Below, in pieces: positions 28,660-38,584 of a DNA stretch of 64,000 nucleotides; the first letter of the stretch is position 1; each line of letters starts with the position of its first letter. The stretch spans positions 491-64,490 of the forward strand of contig JBFYLO010000046.1 of assembly GCA_041305385.1 (NCBI GenBank). Direction: 5' to 3'. Below the pieces are notes generated by a model. The model made no database searches and was not told the origin of the DNA. It saw only the letters and a list, made by a program, of their open reading frames with translations. The position numbers and the translations under genes are program-made. Source of the stretch: Candidatus Micrarchaeota archaeon (lineage in GTDB: Archaea > Micrarchaeota > Micrarchaeia > Burarchaeales > JAKAKT01).

Positions 28660-29649
28660 GTGCTTATGGCAGTTAACATCTTGGTCGGCGGTCAGTTTGG
28701 TGATGAGGGGAAGGGAAAAATCATATCCTACTTAGCCTTGAAGGACAAGCCCGAAATCGTAGCTCGCGGGGGAGTTGGCCCGAATGCCGGGCATACGGTC
28801 ATCTACAAGGGGCGGACCTACAAGCTGAGGCAATTGCCCTCAGGCATCATTTACGAAAAGTCCCGCATACTGATCGGAGCAGGAGTGCTCGTGAACCACG
28901 AAGTTTTTTTGAAGGAGATTGAGGACTGCGGGGTGAAGAACCGGGTCGGAATCGACTTTAGGTGCACCGCGATAACCCAGGCCCACATAGTCGAGGACAC
29001 TGAGACAGGCGCAAAGATTGGGACGACAAAGACAGGCTGTGGTCCCGCGAACATAGACCGCGTTCGAAGGACTGCGAAACTAGTTTCCGAAGTCCCGGAA
29101 CTGAAGCCTTACTTGACTGATGTCCAGAAAGAAGTGAACAGGGCGAAGAACGTTCTCATTGAGGGCTCCCAGGGGTTCATGCTTTCACTGCTTTACGGGA
29201 CTTACCCATTTGTCACCTCGAAGGACACGAGCGCAAGCACAGTTGCAGCAGATGTCGGCTTGGGCCCGACAAAGATTGATGACGTCATTCTGGTCCTGAA
29301 AGCTTACACCACCAGGGTGGGAAACGGGCCATTCGAGGGCGAGGTTCCCCACGAGCGGGCTGTTGAATTGGGTTATGCGGAATACGGGACCGTTACTGGA
29401 AGACCACGCAGGGTTTCCGAAACCCTCCACTGGGATGAACTGAAGCTCGCTTGCGAGATAAACTCCGCAACCATGCTCGCAGTGACAAAACTCGATGTGA
29501 AATTCCCATCGTGCAAGGGAATCAGGGATTACAAGAAATTGCCCAAGGAAGCGAAGTCCTTCATTCAGGAGATTGAGAAGAAATTGAACGTCCCGGTCAA
29601 GTTCATCGGAACCGGGGCAGACGCAGAGGAGATTATTGACCGGCGATGA
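28660..29649 (+). CDS. purA: Adenylosuccinate synthetase (short archaeal form)
   Basis: GGQFGDEGKGKI P-loop, GPNAGHTV, TTKTGCGP, C-terminal GTGADAEEII; start may be the Met at 28666. Confidence 0.85.
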   Translation: MLMAVNILVGGQFGDEGKGKIISYLALKDKPEIVARGGVGPNAGHTVIYKGRTYKLRQLPSGIIYEKSRILIGAGVLVNHEVFLKEIEDCGVKNRVGIDFRCTAITQAHIVEDTETGAKIGTTKTGCGPANIDRVRRTAKLVSEVPELKPYLTDVQKEVNRAKNVLIEGSQGFMLSLLYGTYPFVTSKDTSASTVAADVGLGPTKIDDVILVLKAYTTRVGNGPFEGEVPHERAVELGYAEYGTVTGRPRRVSETLHWDELKLACEINSATMLAVTKLDVKFPSCKGIRDYKKLPKEAKSFIQEIEKKLNVPVKFIGTGADAEEIIDRR

Positions 29650-30259
29650 GACTATGGACACCGAATTATTGGCCGTCATATGTTTTGTCCCAATGGCCCT
29701 AATCCTCGTCCTCATAGGACTGCTCTACCAAAGGATGCAGAGGAGCGGTGCATCCGCCCTCTTCCACGAGCTTCGCGATTCGCTTGGCGGCCAACTCACG
29801 ACCCCGAGCCACAGCATACTGGAGTTCATTCCCTACTTTTATCCGGATTACGTAATCAGGGGAATCACGGGTTCATGTAATGGCACTGATTACAGAATAG
29901 AGGAGATTATACGCAACCCAGGCCAAGGAGGCAGTTCATTGGCAATACGGGTCTCAGTTGCGTTTGTCTCTCCGTTCTCGCTTTATGTGCGGCACCACAA
30001 CAACAGGTTCAAATACTCGCCGGTCATTCTGGATGGAAAGAAATATGGCGATTTTTGGTTTAAGGCAGACGATGAGAAGTCAGCAAAGGAGTTTATGGGC
30101 AAGAACCTCGAGGACCTCAAGAAACTGCTCGCGCCGGGCAGATTCCTGGACCTTAAGGTTGAACACAACAGACTAAACGCCCTCCTTGGCTATGACAGGA
30201 AACAGATACTCGAGGCTCTTGAACTTCTCTCCGTAATCGCGAAAAAAGAAATAAGGTGA
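29636..30259 (+). CDS. Hypothetical N-terminally membrane-anchored protein (207 aa)
   Basis: One N-terminal TM helix, soluble remainder; first of three co-oriented membrane-protein ORFs. Confidence 0.35.
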   Translation: MTGDETMDTELLAVICFVPMALILVLIGLLYQRMQRSGASALFHELRDSLGGQLTTPSHSILEFIPYFYPDYVIRGITGSCNGTDYRIEEIIRNPGQGGSSLAIRVSVAFVSPFSLYVRHHNNRFKYSPVILDGKKYGDFWFKADDEKSAKEFMGKNLEDLKKLLAPGRFLDLKVEHNRLNALLGYDRKQILEALELLSVIAKKEIR

Positions 30260-30484
30260 TTGAAAATGGAAGGCAAGCGAGCCAGACTAATACTTTTTCT
30301 CGCTTTCGGAATTATCGTTTTACCCGCAGCGTATCTATCATATAAATTAGAGATGAAACAAGCATCCGAGATAGAACTGGTTATTCTCTTGATATTACTC
30401 GGGTTGTTGGTTGTAGGTTTCTATCTTATTGCTAAAGCCAGAAAGGGCAATAAATTTCCGTTTGATGATATAAAAAGAGGGTGA
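30260..30484 (+). CDS. Small membrane protein (2 TM)
   Basis: 74 aa, two hydrophobic helices, starts 1 nt after previous stop. Confidence 0.3.
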   Translation: MKMEGKRARLILFLAFGIIVLPAAYLSYKLEMKQASEIELVILLILLGLLVVGFYLIAKARKGNKFPFDDIKRG

Positions 30485-30489
30485 TTTGA

Positions 30490-30759
30490 ATGGCGTTAGG
30501 AGTAATGGCCGCCTTGATTGCGGCAGTAATCGGCGCAATCGTCGTGATTGTGGGGATAATCGCAATATTCTTCTTCGCGATAATCGGGGCCCTCATGGGC
30601 GCGATAACGGGCTTCATTTTGCATTTCGTCCCGGTTCTCGGCCCGCTCGTCGAGAATGGGCTCACCCAAATCGGAATCCAGAACCCGGACCTGACCTCAA
30701 TCGGGGCAGCGCTCGGGTTCATCGCAGGGTTCTTCAAGAGCGCCCAGGAGCACAAGTAA
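30490..30759 (+). CDS. Small membrane protein (2-3 TM, Gly/Ala/Ile-rich)
   Basis: 89 aa; GxxxG-rich helices. Confidence 0.3.
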   Translation: MALGVMAALIAAVIGAIVVIVGIIAIFFFAIIGALMGAITGFILHFVPVLGPLVENGLTQIGIQNPDLTSIGAALGFIAGFFKSAQEHK

Positions 30760-30799
30760 AGCTTCCCTCTCGAGGGCGCACGTTTTTATTAGTATTTCC

Positions 30800-31010
30800 C
30801 CATATTTCTACTTCGCGGGCCCGTAGTCGAAAGCTCGCCTTTTTGGCGAGCCGACAATGGTAAGACGTCAGTCTCACACACTGAAGATTCGGAGTTCGAT
30901 TTTAGTTCGAGAAGCTCGAGCAAACGAAAACCTCCGCGGGCCCACTCCCTAAACCGCAGGGGGAGCGCCCCCTTCAGTTTTAGGGCTAATCCTGATTCCC
31001 CCCACGAAAA
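30800..31010. other. Hairpin-dense intergenic region (possible small RNA and/or terminators)
   Basis: GCTCGCC-TTTTT-GGCGAGC hairpin, TCAG(N9)CTGA hairpin, TCGAGaagCTCGA hairpin, GGGGGagcgCCCCC followed by TTCAGTTTTAG; CGCGGGCCC direct repeat at both ends. Confidence 0.3.
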
Positions 31011-31018
31011 GACTTCAA

Positions 31019-31588
31019 CTATCTTATCCTAAAATCAGCGCTCAGGCTTCTCGGGCTCTTCTCCCAGCTCACCCAGTAAACGAACGTAATCGAGTAGTTT
31101 CCCCCCGGAACCTGCTCTCCCCTCCTAATGGTTGCAAAACTGCTTCCGCAGGGAATTTTCTGGTCCTTCCACTCCCGCTGGTCCCAGAGGAAAAGAAGCC
31201 CATAGGATTCGGCCTGGAGCACAACCCTTTCCTCGCCCCCCTCAGGAGGCACCAAGATGTTCACTGCCCCCCCTTCGCAGGTGCTGAAGTCCCTCATCTG
31301 CCTATATTCGACGTTCTCGCAGGAGGAATTGGTTTTTCGGCATATCCAAACAGACGGATAAGAGCCGAGGGAATACCCGCCCGAGCGGTTGTTATATGAG
31401 ATTGAGTAATTTGTCGTCTTCAGCTGAATTGCAATCGGTTCGCCGACTGAATAACTCTCGCCAACGATGAGCGCGACCTCGCTGTCATCGCTCACAGGCT
31501 TTTCGGCTGCTTTCTCAGGGCCTGGGCCAAGGCAGCCGAACAGGAGCAAAAGCAGGAGAAGGGCGAGGGAGAGAGCAAACGTCTTCAT
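31019..31588 (-). CDS. Secreted protein, probable lipoprotein (LLLFGC lipobox-like)
   Basis: Signal peptide MKTFALSLALLLLLLLFGC; start taken at the internal Met. Confidence 0.45.
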   Translation of the reverse strand: MKTFALSLALLLLLLLFGCLGPGPEKAAEKPVSDDSEVALIVGESYSVGEPIAIQLKTTNYSISYNNRSGGYSLGSYPSVWICRKTNSSCENVEYRQMRDFSTCEGGAVNILVPPEGGEERVVLQAESYGLLFLWDQREWKDQKIPCGSSFATIRRGEQVPGGNYSITFVYWVSWEKSPRSLSADFRIR

Positions 31589-31690
31589 GATACTATCTCC
31601 TCCTCGAAACAATTAAAACATACCCGATTAAACAAAAAACGAATCTTTATTAACCCCAAATGAGCAATAAGCCATCAATAGGGGTTAGAC

Positions 31691-32275
31691 ATGGACATAG
31701 GGGCAAGCGCTTCAAAGGGGCCTAAACACACCGTAAAGGCGAGAATAGAGACTTGGCGAGACGTAACCAGGACTGAAACTGCATTTTTCAGGACAAAAGA
31801 CAAACACCTGCGCCCGGCAGCTCTAAAGCGAAAACCCAACGAATGCTTCATCAGGCTCCCAAAAGAGGGGGACAAATCCCTTGTCCATACGCATATATAT
31901 GATCGAAAAAAACCACTATCTGAACAGAGGGAGATCTGCAGGGAAAGTTTTGACGACCTGATCATGTTCACGGCGTGGCAGGCCCTAAAAACTAAAATTT
32001 CATATTTTCATATCGCAGTGGTCGATAAGGAAAGCGGAAACCTGATGGGCACTGTATCGTATTTGGTCCGGCAGCCACTCAGAAATTCGGTCGATAAACT
32101 CGTTAAACAGGGCTCCACAATAGAAGGCATTAAATACAGTTGCAGGTTGTGTGGAATCGACGTTGAAAACAGCTTCAGGATCAGGCACGTCCCTGCCGAA
32201 GGTTACATGTTCCACAAGGAAGCGCGAATTTTCAGGCCAACCAAAGAATCACAACAGACTCCTGCAAAACCTTAA
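31691..32275 (+). CDS. Hypothetical protein (194 aa)
   Basis: ORF only; basic N-terminus; no family recognised. Confidence 0.3.
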   Translation: MDIGASASKGPKHTVKARIETWRDVTRTETAFFRTKDKHLRPAALKRKPNECFIRLPKEGDKSLVHTHIYDRKKPLSEQREICRESFDDLIMFTAWQALKTKISYFHIAVVDKESGNLMGTVSYLVRQPLRNSVDKLVKQGSTIEGIKYSCRLCGIDVENSFRIRHVPAEGYMFHKEARIFRPTKESQQTPAKP

Positions 32276-32397
32276 AACCTTTTTAATCCGAAAGCAATAA
32301 CAAACCAAAGGAACAATATGGGCTCGCCCGAGTTCAACCAGGGCTTCGAGGAGCCTGCGAGACCCGCGGTCCCGAATCACATTGTTTTTGTGGGGTA

Positions 32398-35028
32398 TTG
32401 CTCATGCTCACGAAAGATTTGCTTCGAAAGGAGTTCTCCCAGAACTACAAGGACTACTACCAGGTCGAGGTGTTCGAGAAGGAGGGCTTCACCAGGAAAA
32501 CATGTTCCTGCGGGAAGAGCTACTGGAGCGTTGGCGATACTCCCAACTGCGGGGACTCGATTCACGCGCCCTACTCCTTCTTCAAGCAGGCCAAGAGCAG
32601 GGATGATTACGTCAGCTTCTGGAAGAAATACGCCGCATTCTGGAAGAAGAACGGCCACACCATCATAACCCGCTACCCAGTGGTCAGCAGGTGGAGGCCT
32701 GACCTCTATTTCACAATGGCCTCCATTCAGGACTTCCAGAGGCTCGAGAAGGGCAAGATGACCTTCGAATATCCCGCTAACCCACTGATGGTCCCGCAAA
32801 TCTCTCTCCGCTTCAACGACATAGCGAATGTCGGGGTCACTGGCAGGCACTTCTCCTGCTTCACCATGGCAGGCCAGCACGCCTTCAACTACCCGAAAGA
32901 GGGCTATTGGAAGGACAGGTGCCTGGAGCTCAATTTCGAGTTCCTCACCAAGGTCCTCGGGGTCAAGAAGGCCGACCTCACCTACACCGAGGACGTCTGG
33001 GCCATGGGCGACTTCTCGGCATTCGGCCCCTGCGTGGAATCTTTTGCCAACGGGCTCGAGCTCGTCAACAGCGTCTTCATGCAGTACAGCTTCCTGAAGG
33101 ACCAGCGCCGCGAGCTTGACATCAAAGTAATCGATGTGGGCTGGGGATTCGAGAGGCTCCTCTGGTATTCAAACGGTGACTACACAGCATTCGATTCAGT
33201 CTTCCCGCGCGAGATAAAGTTCATGGAGAGCAAGGCAGGGCTCCAGGTGGACAAGGCGCTCTTCCACAAATACGCGGCCCTTGCCTCCAAACTCGACGCG
33301 GACGAGGGCTCAGTGATGTCCTATGAGGAGAAACGAATCGCGAAGGAGCTCGGCAAGACCCCCGAAGAACTCAGGAAGAGCATCTTCCCGCTCCAGGCAA
33401 TCTACGCGATTGCGGACCATTCGAGGACGCTTTTGTTTGCGATTTCCGACGGTTCTCTTCCCTCGAATGTGGGCGGGGGCTATAATCTTCGGGTGATACT
33501 CAGGCGCGCGCTCGGGTTCATGGATGAGTATGGTTTCAATTTTACGCTCGATGAGATAATCGACATGGTGGCCGAGGACCTCAAGCCCGTCTATCCGGAG
33601 CTTGCTGAGAACCTGCCCTCAGTGCACAAGATTCTGGAAGTCGAGACTGCGCGCTATGGGGAGAGCAGGAAGAAGGCGACAGGCATAGTCGAGTCCCTAG
33701 TCTCAGCCACAGGAAAGCTGACTACAGAGAAGATGACAACCCTCTATGAGAGCCACGGGATTACCCCGGAGCTCATCGAGAAAGTGGCCTCGGACATGAA
33801 AAAGCAGATTGAAATCCCAACCAATTTCTACTCAAAAATAACCAAAAAGACATTCAAGGAGAAGGAGGAGGAGATTCAAATCGATGCGAGCGGGCTTCCC
33901 CCAACAGAAATCCTCTATTATGAGGGCAAAACTGAAGCCAAGGCGAAGGTGCTCAAAATCGACGGGAACCGGGTTGTTCTCGACAAAACAATCTTCTACC
34001 CTGAGGGGGGAGGGCAGGCAACTGACTCGGGAACAATGGGCGGAATTCCAGTAATCCGGGCGGACAAGGTTGGGGATATAATTGTTCATACTCTGAAGCA
34101 GGCCCCGAATTTCAAGGTCGGAGAGCAAGTGGCTTGCAGTGTTGACCTAGACAGGCGCAATGCACTCATGCGCCACCACACAGCCACCCACCTGGTAAAC
34201 GCAGCCTGCAGGAAGGTTCTCGGCACCCACGTCTGGCAGGCAGGCGCGAAGAAAGAGCCGGAGATGGCGCACCTAGACATAACCCATTATGAAAAGATTC
34301 CTGCACCGGTTCTAAGGGAAATCGAGATCCTCGCGAACCGCTATGTTTACGAAAACCACACTGTTAAGAAGACAGTGATGGACAGAGGCGAGGCGGAGCA
34401 GAAATACGGTTTCATCCTCTACCAGGGGGGCGGCTCTCCTGGGAAGCGGATTAGGGTCATTGACATTGACGGCCTCGATGCAGAGGCATGCGGGGGCTTG
34501 CATGTCGACAGGACAGGTGACATCGGGCTCATAAAAATCATCTCCGAATCCAGAATTCAGGATGGGATTAACAGGATTGAGTTCAAGGCAGGCGCCCCGG
34601 CAATCGCCTACATTCAGGGGCAGGAGGAGATAATCAGAAAGGCGTCCGAGGAGCTCCACGTCCAACCTCTCCATCTCCCTGAGGCAGTCAGTAAGTTCTT
34701 CAGGGAATGGAAGGAGATGGCGAAAAAGGCGGAATCCATGACGGGCGAGATCGCGTCAGCCCAAATCGAGAAGCTCATCGCAGGAAAGGAGGGCATGATA
34801 AAGGCGAACCTCCCAGTTGACCAGAAATCCCTCCGGACCCTTGCGCTCACTCTCCAGTCAGCCGGGAGAGCAGGAGTTCTCATCGGGAAAGAAAACATAG
34901 TTGTCTGCGTTGGGGATTCCAAACACAAGGCCCGCGAGATGCTTCTTGAACTGACAAAGCAATTCGGGGGGAACGGCGGCGGGGATGACAACCTAGCGAT
35001 GGGAAAATTGGAGAGGAAGCCATTCTGA
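32398..35028 (+). CDS. alaS: Alanyl-tRNA synthetase (archaeal type, full length)
   Basis: N-terminal FEKEGFTRKTCSCGKSYWS...CGDS Zn motif typical of archaeal AlaRS, class II motifs, editing domain HxxxH (HHTATHLVN), C-terminal DHHA1-like GGGG motif. Confidence 0.9.
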   Translation: MLMLTKDLLRKEFSQNYKDYYQVEVFEKEGFTRKTCSCGKSYWSVGDTPNCGDSIHAPYSFFKQAKSRDDYVSFWKKYAAFWKKNGHTIITRYPVVSRWRPDLYFTMASIQDFQRLEKGKMTFEYPANPLMVPQISLRFNDIANVGVTGRHFSCFTMAGQHAFNYPKEGYWKDRCLELNFEFLTKVLGVKKADLTYTEDVWAMGDFSAFGPCVESFANGLELVNSVFMQYSFLKDQRRELDIKVIDVGWGFERLLWYSNGDYTAFDSVFPREIKFMESKAGLQVDKALFHKYAALASKLDADEGSVMSYEEKRIAKELGKTPEELRKSIFPLQAIYAIADHSRTLLFAISDGSLPSNVGGGYNLRVILRRALGFMDEYGFNFTLDEIIDMVAEDLKPVYPELAENLPSVHKILEVETARYGESRKKATGIVESLVSATGKLTTEKMTTLYESHGITPELIEKVASDMKKQIEIPTNFYSKITKKTFKEKEEEIQIDASGLPPTEILYYEGKTEAKAKVLKIDGNRVVLDKTIFYPEGGGQATDSGTMGGIPVIRADKVGDIIVHTLKQAPNFKVGEQVACSVDLDRRNALMRHHTATHLVNAACRKVLGTHVWQAGAKKEPEMAHLDITHYEKIPAPVLREIEILANRYVYENHTVKKTVMDRGEAEQKYGFILYQGGGSPGKRIRVIDIDGLDAEACGGLHVDRTGDIGLIKIISESRIQDGINRIEFKAGAPAIAYIQGQEEIIRKASEELHVQPLHLPEAVSKFFREWKEMAKKAESMTGEIASAQIEKLIAGKEGMIKANLPVDQKSLRTLALTLQSAGRAGVLIGKENIVVCVGDSKHKAREMLLELTKQFGGNGGGDDNLAMGKLERKPF

Positions 35029-35051
35029 CGGCTGTCTCCTGAGCAAATTTT

Positions 35052-36071
35052 CTAATGCTGGTCGAATATCCTCTCTGCCCCGCCCTCCATTTTCGACCTC
35101 TGCCCCAGAATCGGGCTTGGGCTCGGCCCAGAACTGCTCTGCCCAGGCTGGCCCGGAGTGTCGATTAGAGAATATATCCCAACGCGGCCATACTCTTCAA
35201 CAAATATCCTTATGGGTGCGATAATGGAGCCCAAAACCAGGAGTATCGCCGTGCTGATGAGGGCAGGATTGTCAGGATTTCCGCCTTTTTCTATAAACAT
35301 CACAACGACGCCCGGGATTGCAACGGCAAATGTCACTGCGCCGAACAATATCCCAATCACGATTCCGAACACCAGGTTGGTCCCGAACACCTTCCAGAAC
35401 TTGCCCAGGGTGAGTTCCCAGGATTTTTTAATGGAATCCACGGCGCCGCCCTTTCCTGCAAGGAAAATGTACCTGGCGGCGAAGAGCCTGATGCCTACGA
35501 ACGTCCAGAGGATGCTCGCAGCCATCGCAAAAATAATGAAAAACCCGAGGGTCCCCAACATCGGGATGAGCGAACTGAGGTCAGGCCCACTGGAACTCCC
35601 AGAAAGATTGGAAATCATGCCGGCAATCGAGAGGAAGAAGCCAATTCCAGTCGCCGCCATCCCCACGAGAAGAAAAATCCCGGCGGCCAGGAGCTTCATG
35701 TCCATCCAGGGAAAAAGCACGCTCAGCCCCATGAATATGTGGAGGACAATATAGCTTACGAACGAGCCGATGTCGAGGTTTATGTTCCCGAAGCCTTTCC
35801 TATTGAGTCCAGAGAGGGCGATTTTTGCGCCCAGATAAAGGAACACGAACATGAATATGATTAGGACCGCAATCGAAAGCAAACCAAGGGTTGACGCCAA
35901 CACGGGGTTTGCATTCTCGAACTCCTCCGCATATTGCCCCGGTGTGCTCGAGATGAGTGAAGCGATAAAAATCAAGACGAACATCCCGAGAATCCAGCCC
36001 TCCGATTTCCAGGAAACAGAGAACTTCAGCACATCAACGCAATCGTCTACGAATCCCGCCACAGGAACCAC
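35052..36071 (-). CDS. Polytopic membrane protein (7-8 TM), unknown function
   Basis: Hydrophobicity; Ser/Gly/Pro-rich C-terminal tail. Confidence 0.45.
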   Translation of the reverse strand: MVPVAGFVDDCVDVLKFSVSWKSEGWILGMFVLIFIASLISSTPGQYAEEFENANPVLASTLGLLSIAVLIIFMFVFLYLGAKIALSGLNRKGFGNINLDIGSFVSYIVLHIFMGLSVLFPWMDMKLLAAGIFLLVGMAATGIGFFLSIAGMISNLSGSSSGPDLSSLIPMLGTLGFFIIFAMAASILWTFVGIRLFAARYIFLAGKGGAVDSIKKSWELTLGKFWKVFGTNLVFGIVIGILFGAVTFAVAIPGVVVMFIEKGGNPDNPALISTAILLVLGSIIAPIRIFVEEYGRVGIYSLIDTPGQPGQSSSGPSPSPILGQRSKMEGGAERIFDQH

Positions 36072-36110
36072 CCCATTTCTCTTCTTAGGTTAACATCGTT
36101 TTCGTGATTA

Positions 36111-36758
36111 TTAAAGCTTCCTTATGAAATCATGGCCCAGTTTTATCTCCTTTCTCCTGTGCTTTTTTGCGAGCTTGGCCGCCATCTTGCGCTCATGGTC
36201 GAGTATGAGGTGCTTCGACTCCATCCCTCCCTCCTCAACATCTTGTTTTTTAGCAGCAGCATTCTTCGGACCCATCTTCCCAAAGACTTCAGCCAGCTGT
36301 TTTCCCTTCAAAACGAAAACAGCAGCAAATATTATGAAGGCGATTGCCGCGGCCTGGCCGGTCTCAATGGGCGGGAGAGTGAGGTCTATGTTCGGTCCAA
36401 TGGGCCCCCCCAACTCTCCGGTCACGGTTATTGTCTTCTCAACGAGATTTTCCCCGCAGGCGACATTTATCCTGAGCCGCTCCCCAGGCCTCTTGGGGGT
36501 GTAGCTTATCACCGCCTTCCCCTTCGAATCAGTCATGTATGTGTATCTGCCCAGCGTAGTCTCTATCCCGGCTCTTGTTTCCATCACAGAGACAAGGATT
36601 TTGCAGTTCGAGTAAGGCCCTCCGTCCGGCTTCGTAACGTTCACAGCGCTCTTCCAGAGCGAGCAGCACTCGATGTTGTCATTCGAGAAAATCACGTCCG
36701 CCCAGCTAATCCCAATCAGGACAAGCAAAGCTATTGCTGCAGCCGAACGGTAGACCAT
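36111..36758 (-). CDS. Secreted membrane-anchored protein (signal peptide, C-proximal TM, Lys-rich cytoplasmic tail)
   Basis: N-terminal signal; TM AAIAFIIFAAVFVL; KK-rich tail. Confidence 0.4.
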   Translation of the reverse strand: MVYRSAAAIALLVLIGISWADVIFSNDNIECCSLWKSAVNVTKPDGGPYSNCKILVSVMETRAGIETTLGRYTYMTDSKGKAVISYTPKRPGERLRINVACGENLVEKTITVTGELGGPIGPNIDLTLPPIETGQAAAIAFIIFAAVFVLKGKQLAEVFGKMGPKNAAAKKQDVEEGGMESKHLILDHERKMAAKLAKKHRRKEIKLGHDFIRKL

Positions 36759-36794
36759 TGTCTCCTAAACCTATCTCAAGGGCGCTTAAAAAGG

Positions 36795-37307
36795 TTATTC
36801 TGTTATGGTGACTGGGATTATCTTAGTCCCAAGAACAGAACCGCTGGCATTAACTATCTCCATCCGCAGTTCCATCCTTCCCGGCATGCCCGGGCCCACC
36901 ACCTGGTTGAAGAAGAAGACAGGCTGTTCGAGGCTTTTTTCAATTCCTGGCTCAAGTGGGACCAGGCTTTCCGTCCCTCCCTCCAGCCCAGTCACACCGG
37001 TCCAGCTCCTGTCAGCCCCGTTTATCGCCTCCTCGGAATACAGGGGAACCCTCATCTCGTAAATGTCGTATTTCTGGTCAAGAACCTTCAGGTAATTGGT
37101 TATTGAGTCCCTGCTGGTTATGTTTGCCCGGATATGGAAATAGGTCGAATCCCTTGGAAAAGAGATGGAGTCATCGAAGGTCCCCTCGGTTTTCTGGCCA
37201 TCTGCGTCAATGAGAAGATAGCCGAGCTTGAAATCGACTTTCTCCTCTGGCTTGGGACAGCCGAAAAGCAATAGAAGGGCAATTGGGATTACCCACAGAA
37301 TCCTCAT
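36795..37307 (-). CDS. Secreted protein, probable lipoprotein (LLLFGC lipobox-like)
   Basis: MRILWVIPIALLLLFGCPKP signal; start taken at the internal Met. Confidence 0.45.
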   Translation of the reverse strand: MRILWVIPIALLLLFGCPKPEEKVDFKLGYLLIDADGQKTEGTFDDSISFPRDSTYFHIRANITSRDSITNYLKVLDQKYDIYEMRVPLYSEEAINGADRSWTGVTGLEGGTESLVPLEPGIEKSLEQPVFFFNQVVGPGMPGRMELRMEIVNASGSVLGTKIIPVTITE

Positions 37308-37311
37308 AGTC

Positions 37312-37569
37312 TCACAGACCGACAAAATCCTTCGTGCTCTTCCCTTTTGGGAAGACCTTTCCGTTCTTTGCGTATACCGGGAGCTGACATTCCTCGGAAA
37401 TCCTGAGCAATTCCTTCAGGTCGATGAACTTATTCACCTCAAGAACAGCGTATTTCCCGAACGGGGAGTCAATCCGCTTCACCACAAACTCCTCGTTCTG
37501 GTACATCCCGGCCCTGTAGACTCTTATCTCGCCCCTGCCCTTTCCGAGCAGTTCCTCCCTTGTTGCCAT
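37312..37569 (-). CDS. Small hypothetical protein (85 aa)
   Basis: ORF directly upstream of the lipoprotein gene; no family recognised. Confidence 0.25.
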   Translation of the reverse strand: MATREELLGKGRGEIRVYRAGMYQNEEFVVKRIDSPFGKYAVLEVNKFIDLKELLRISEECQLPVYAKNGKVFPKGKSTKDFVGL

Positions 37570-37631
37570 GGCGAATTGATGCCAGTAAATTTTTATAAAG
37601 CTAATAGGGCATTTAACTCGATGGTGATGCT

Positions 37632-38174
37632 ATGGCCACAGTCGTCGATATGGGTTTTGGGATAGGAATTGCGTTGCTTAAGCTGATAGCCGGCCTTGTG
37701 CTTAGCATGGGCTCAATTTACCTTGGAATCAAGATGTTCGACAGGATGACCCCAGGAATAAACGAGATGGAGGAGATAAAGAGGGGGAATGCAGCCGTAG
37801 GAATTCTCATGGCTGCGGTTGTGCTCTCCATCGCAACAGTTGTTCAGGGCGGAGTGCAGGCCTTCGGGTCGAACGTCTCTTCGGACATGAGCGTCATGAT
37901 GATTGCCATCGCGCTCATAATCAGCACTGTGAACCTGCTCTTCAGCGTTCTCGCGGCAATCTTCGCCATCTACCTTGCGCTCAAGATTCTAGACAAGATA
38001 ACAGTCGACATAAACGAGACCGAGGAATTCAAGCAGGGGAACGTGGCAGTCGCGGTCATGGAGGCGGGGGTGCTGCTCGCAGTGGCATTCGTGATTCAGG
38101 CAGGCATAAGCGGAATCACGCAGTCGAGCCTGCTCGACCCGAAAATCATTGCAGGGGCGCTGGGGATTTCCTAG
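37632..38174 (+). CDS. DUF350-domain membrane protein (two tandem DUF350 repeats)
   Basis: Twice-repeated pattern D(R/K)(M/I)T(P/V)(G/D)INE(M/T)EE(I/F)K(R/Q)GN(A/V)AV(G/A). Confidence 0.55.
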   Translation: MATVVDMGFGIGIALLKLIAGLVLSMGSIYLGIKMFDRMTPGINEMEEIKRGNAAVGILMAAVVLSIATVVQGGVQAFGSNVSSDMSVMMIAIALIISTVNLLFSVLAAIFAIYLALKILDKITVDINETEEFKQGNVAVAVMEAGVLLAVAFVIQAGISGITQSSLLDPKIIAGALGIS

Positions 38175-38584
38175 CCCTCTTTTATTTCTATTTTTCCCCG
38201 GACATTTTTTACTATTAGTTCGTCTCCCTCGCTTACCTCTACACTCCCTCCCCAGCTCTCGCACCTAAGCAGAGCGGTTATCTTCTTCCCATTTGCTTCA
38301 GCGGTCAATTCCTTTCCCGAGAGAACGAGTTTCACTTCCCATCCAACCTTCACCACTTTCGAGCTTCCCGGCCCCATCAGGCACACGCCATCGGCCCCTT
38401 CCTGAATGTCGGATGCGAGGGATTCGAGCCTAGAATACTCTAAAGAATTGCTCACTCCACTCTCGACGCTAAATATTAACGAGAGCCAGACCCCGATAAA
38501 CGCCAGAAAAGCAGCTAGCAAAACCAGGAATTCGAGCGAAACCTGCGCCCTTCTCCCCAAGAGCCTATCCGCACTTCCCATCAT
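38171..38584 (-). CDS. Archaeal type IV pilin-like protein (class III signal peptide)
   Basis: LLGRRAQVSLEFLVLLAAFLAF: basic residues, A/Q cleavage context, Q-x-S-x-EF motif and hydrophobic stretch; start taken at MMGSADR. Confidence 0.55.
   Translation of the reverse strand: MMGSADRLLGRRAQVSLEFLVLLAAFLAFIGVWLSLIFSVESGVSNSLEYSRLESLASDIQEGADGVCLMGPGSSKVVKVGWEVKLVLSGKELTAEANGKKITALLRCESWGGSVEVSEGDELIVKNVRGKIEIKEG

Noticed and set aside
30811-30949. A tRNA or split-tRNA gene in the 30760-31018 gap (GCGGGCC... GAGTTCGATTTT)
   Set aside because: No acceptor-stem complementarity exists, because the terminal CGCGGGCCC motifs are direct and not inverted. No D-arm or anticodon-arm geometry is present, and the T-loop-like segment is imperfect.
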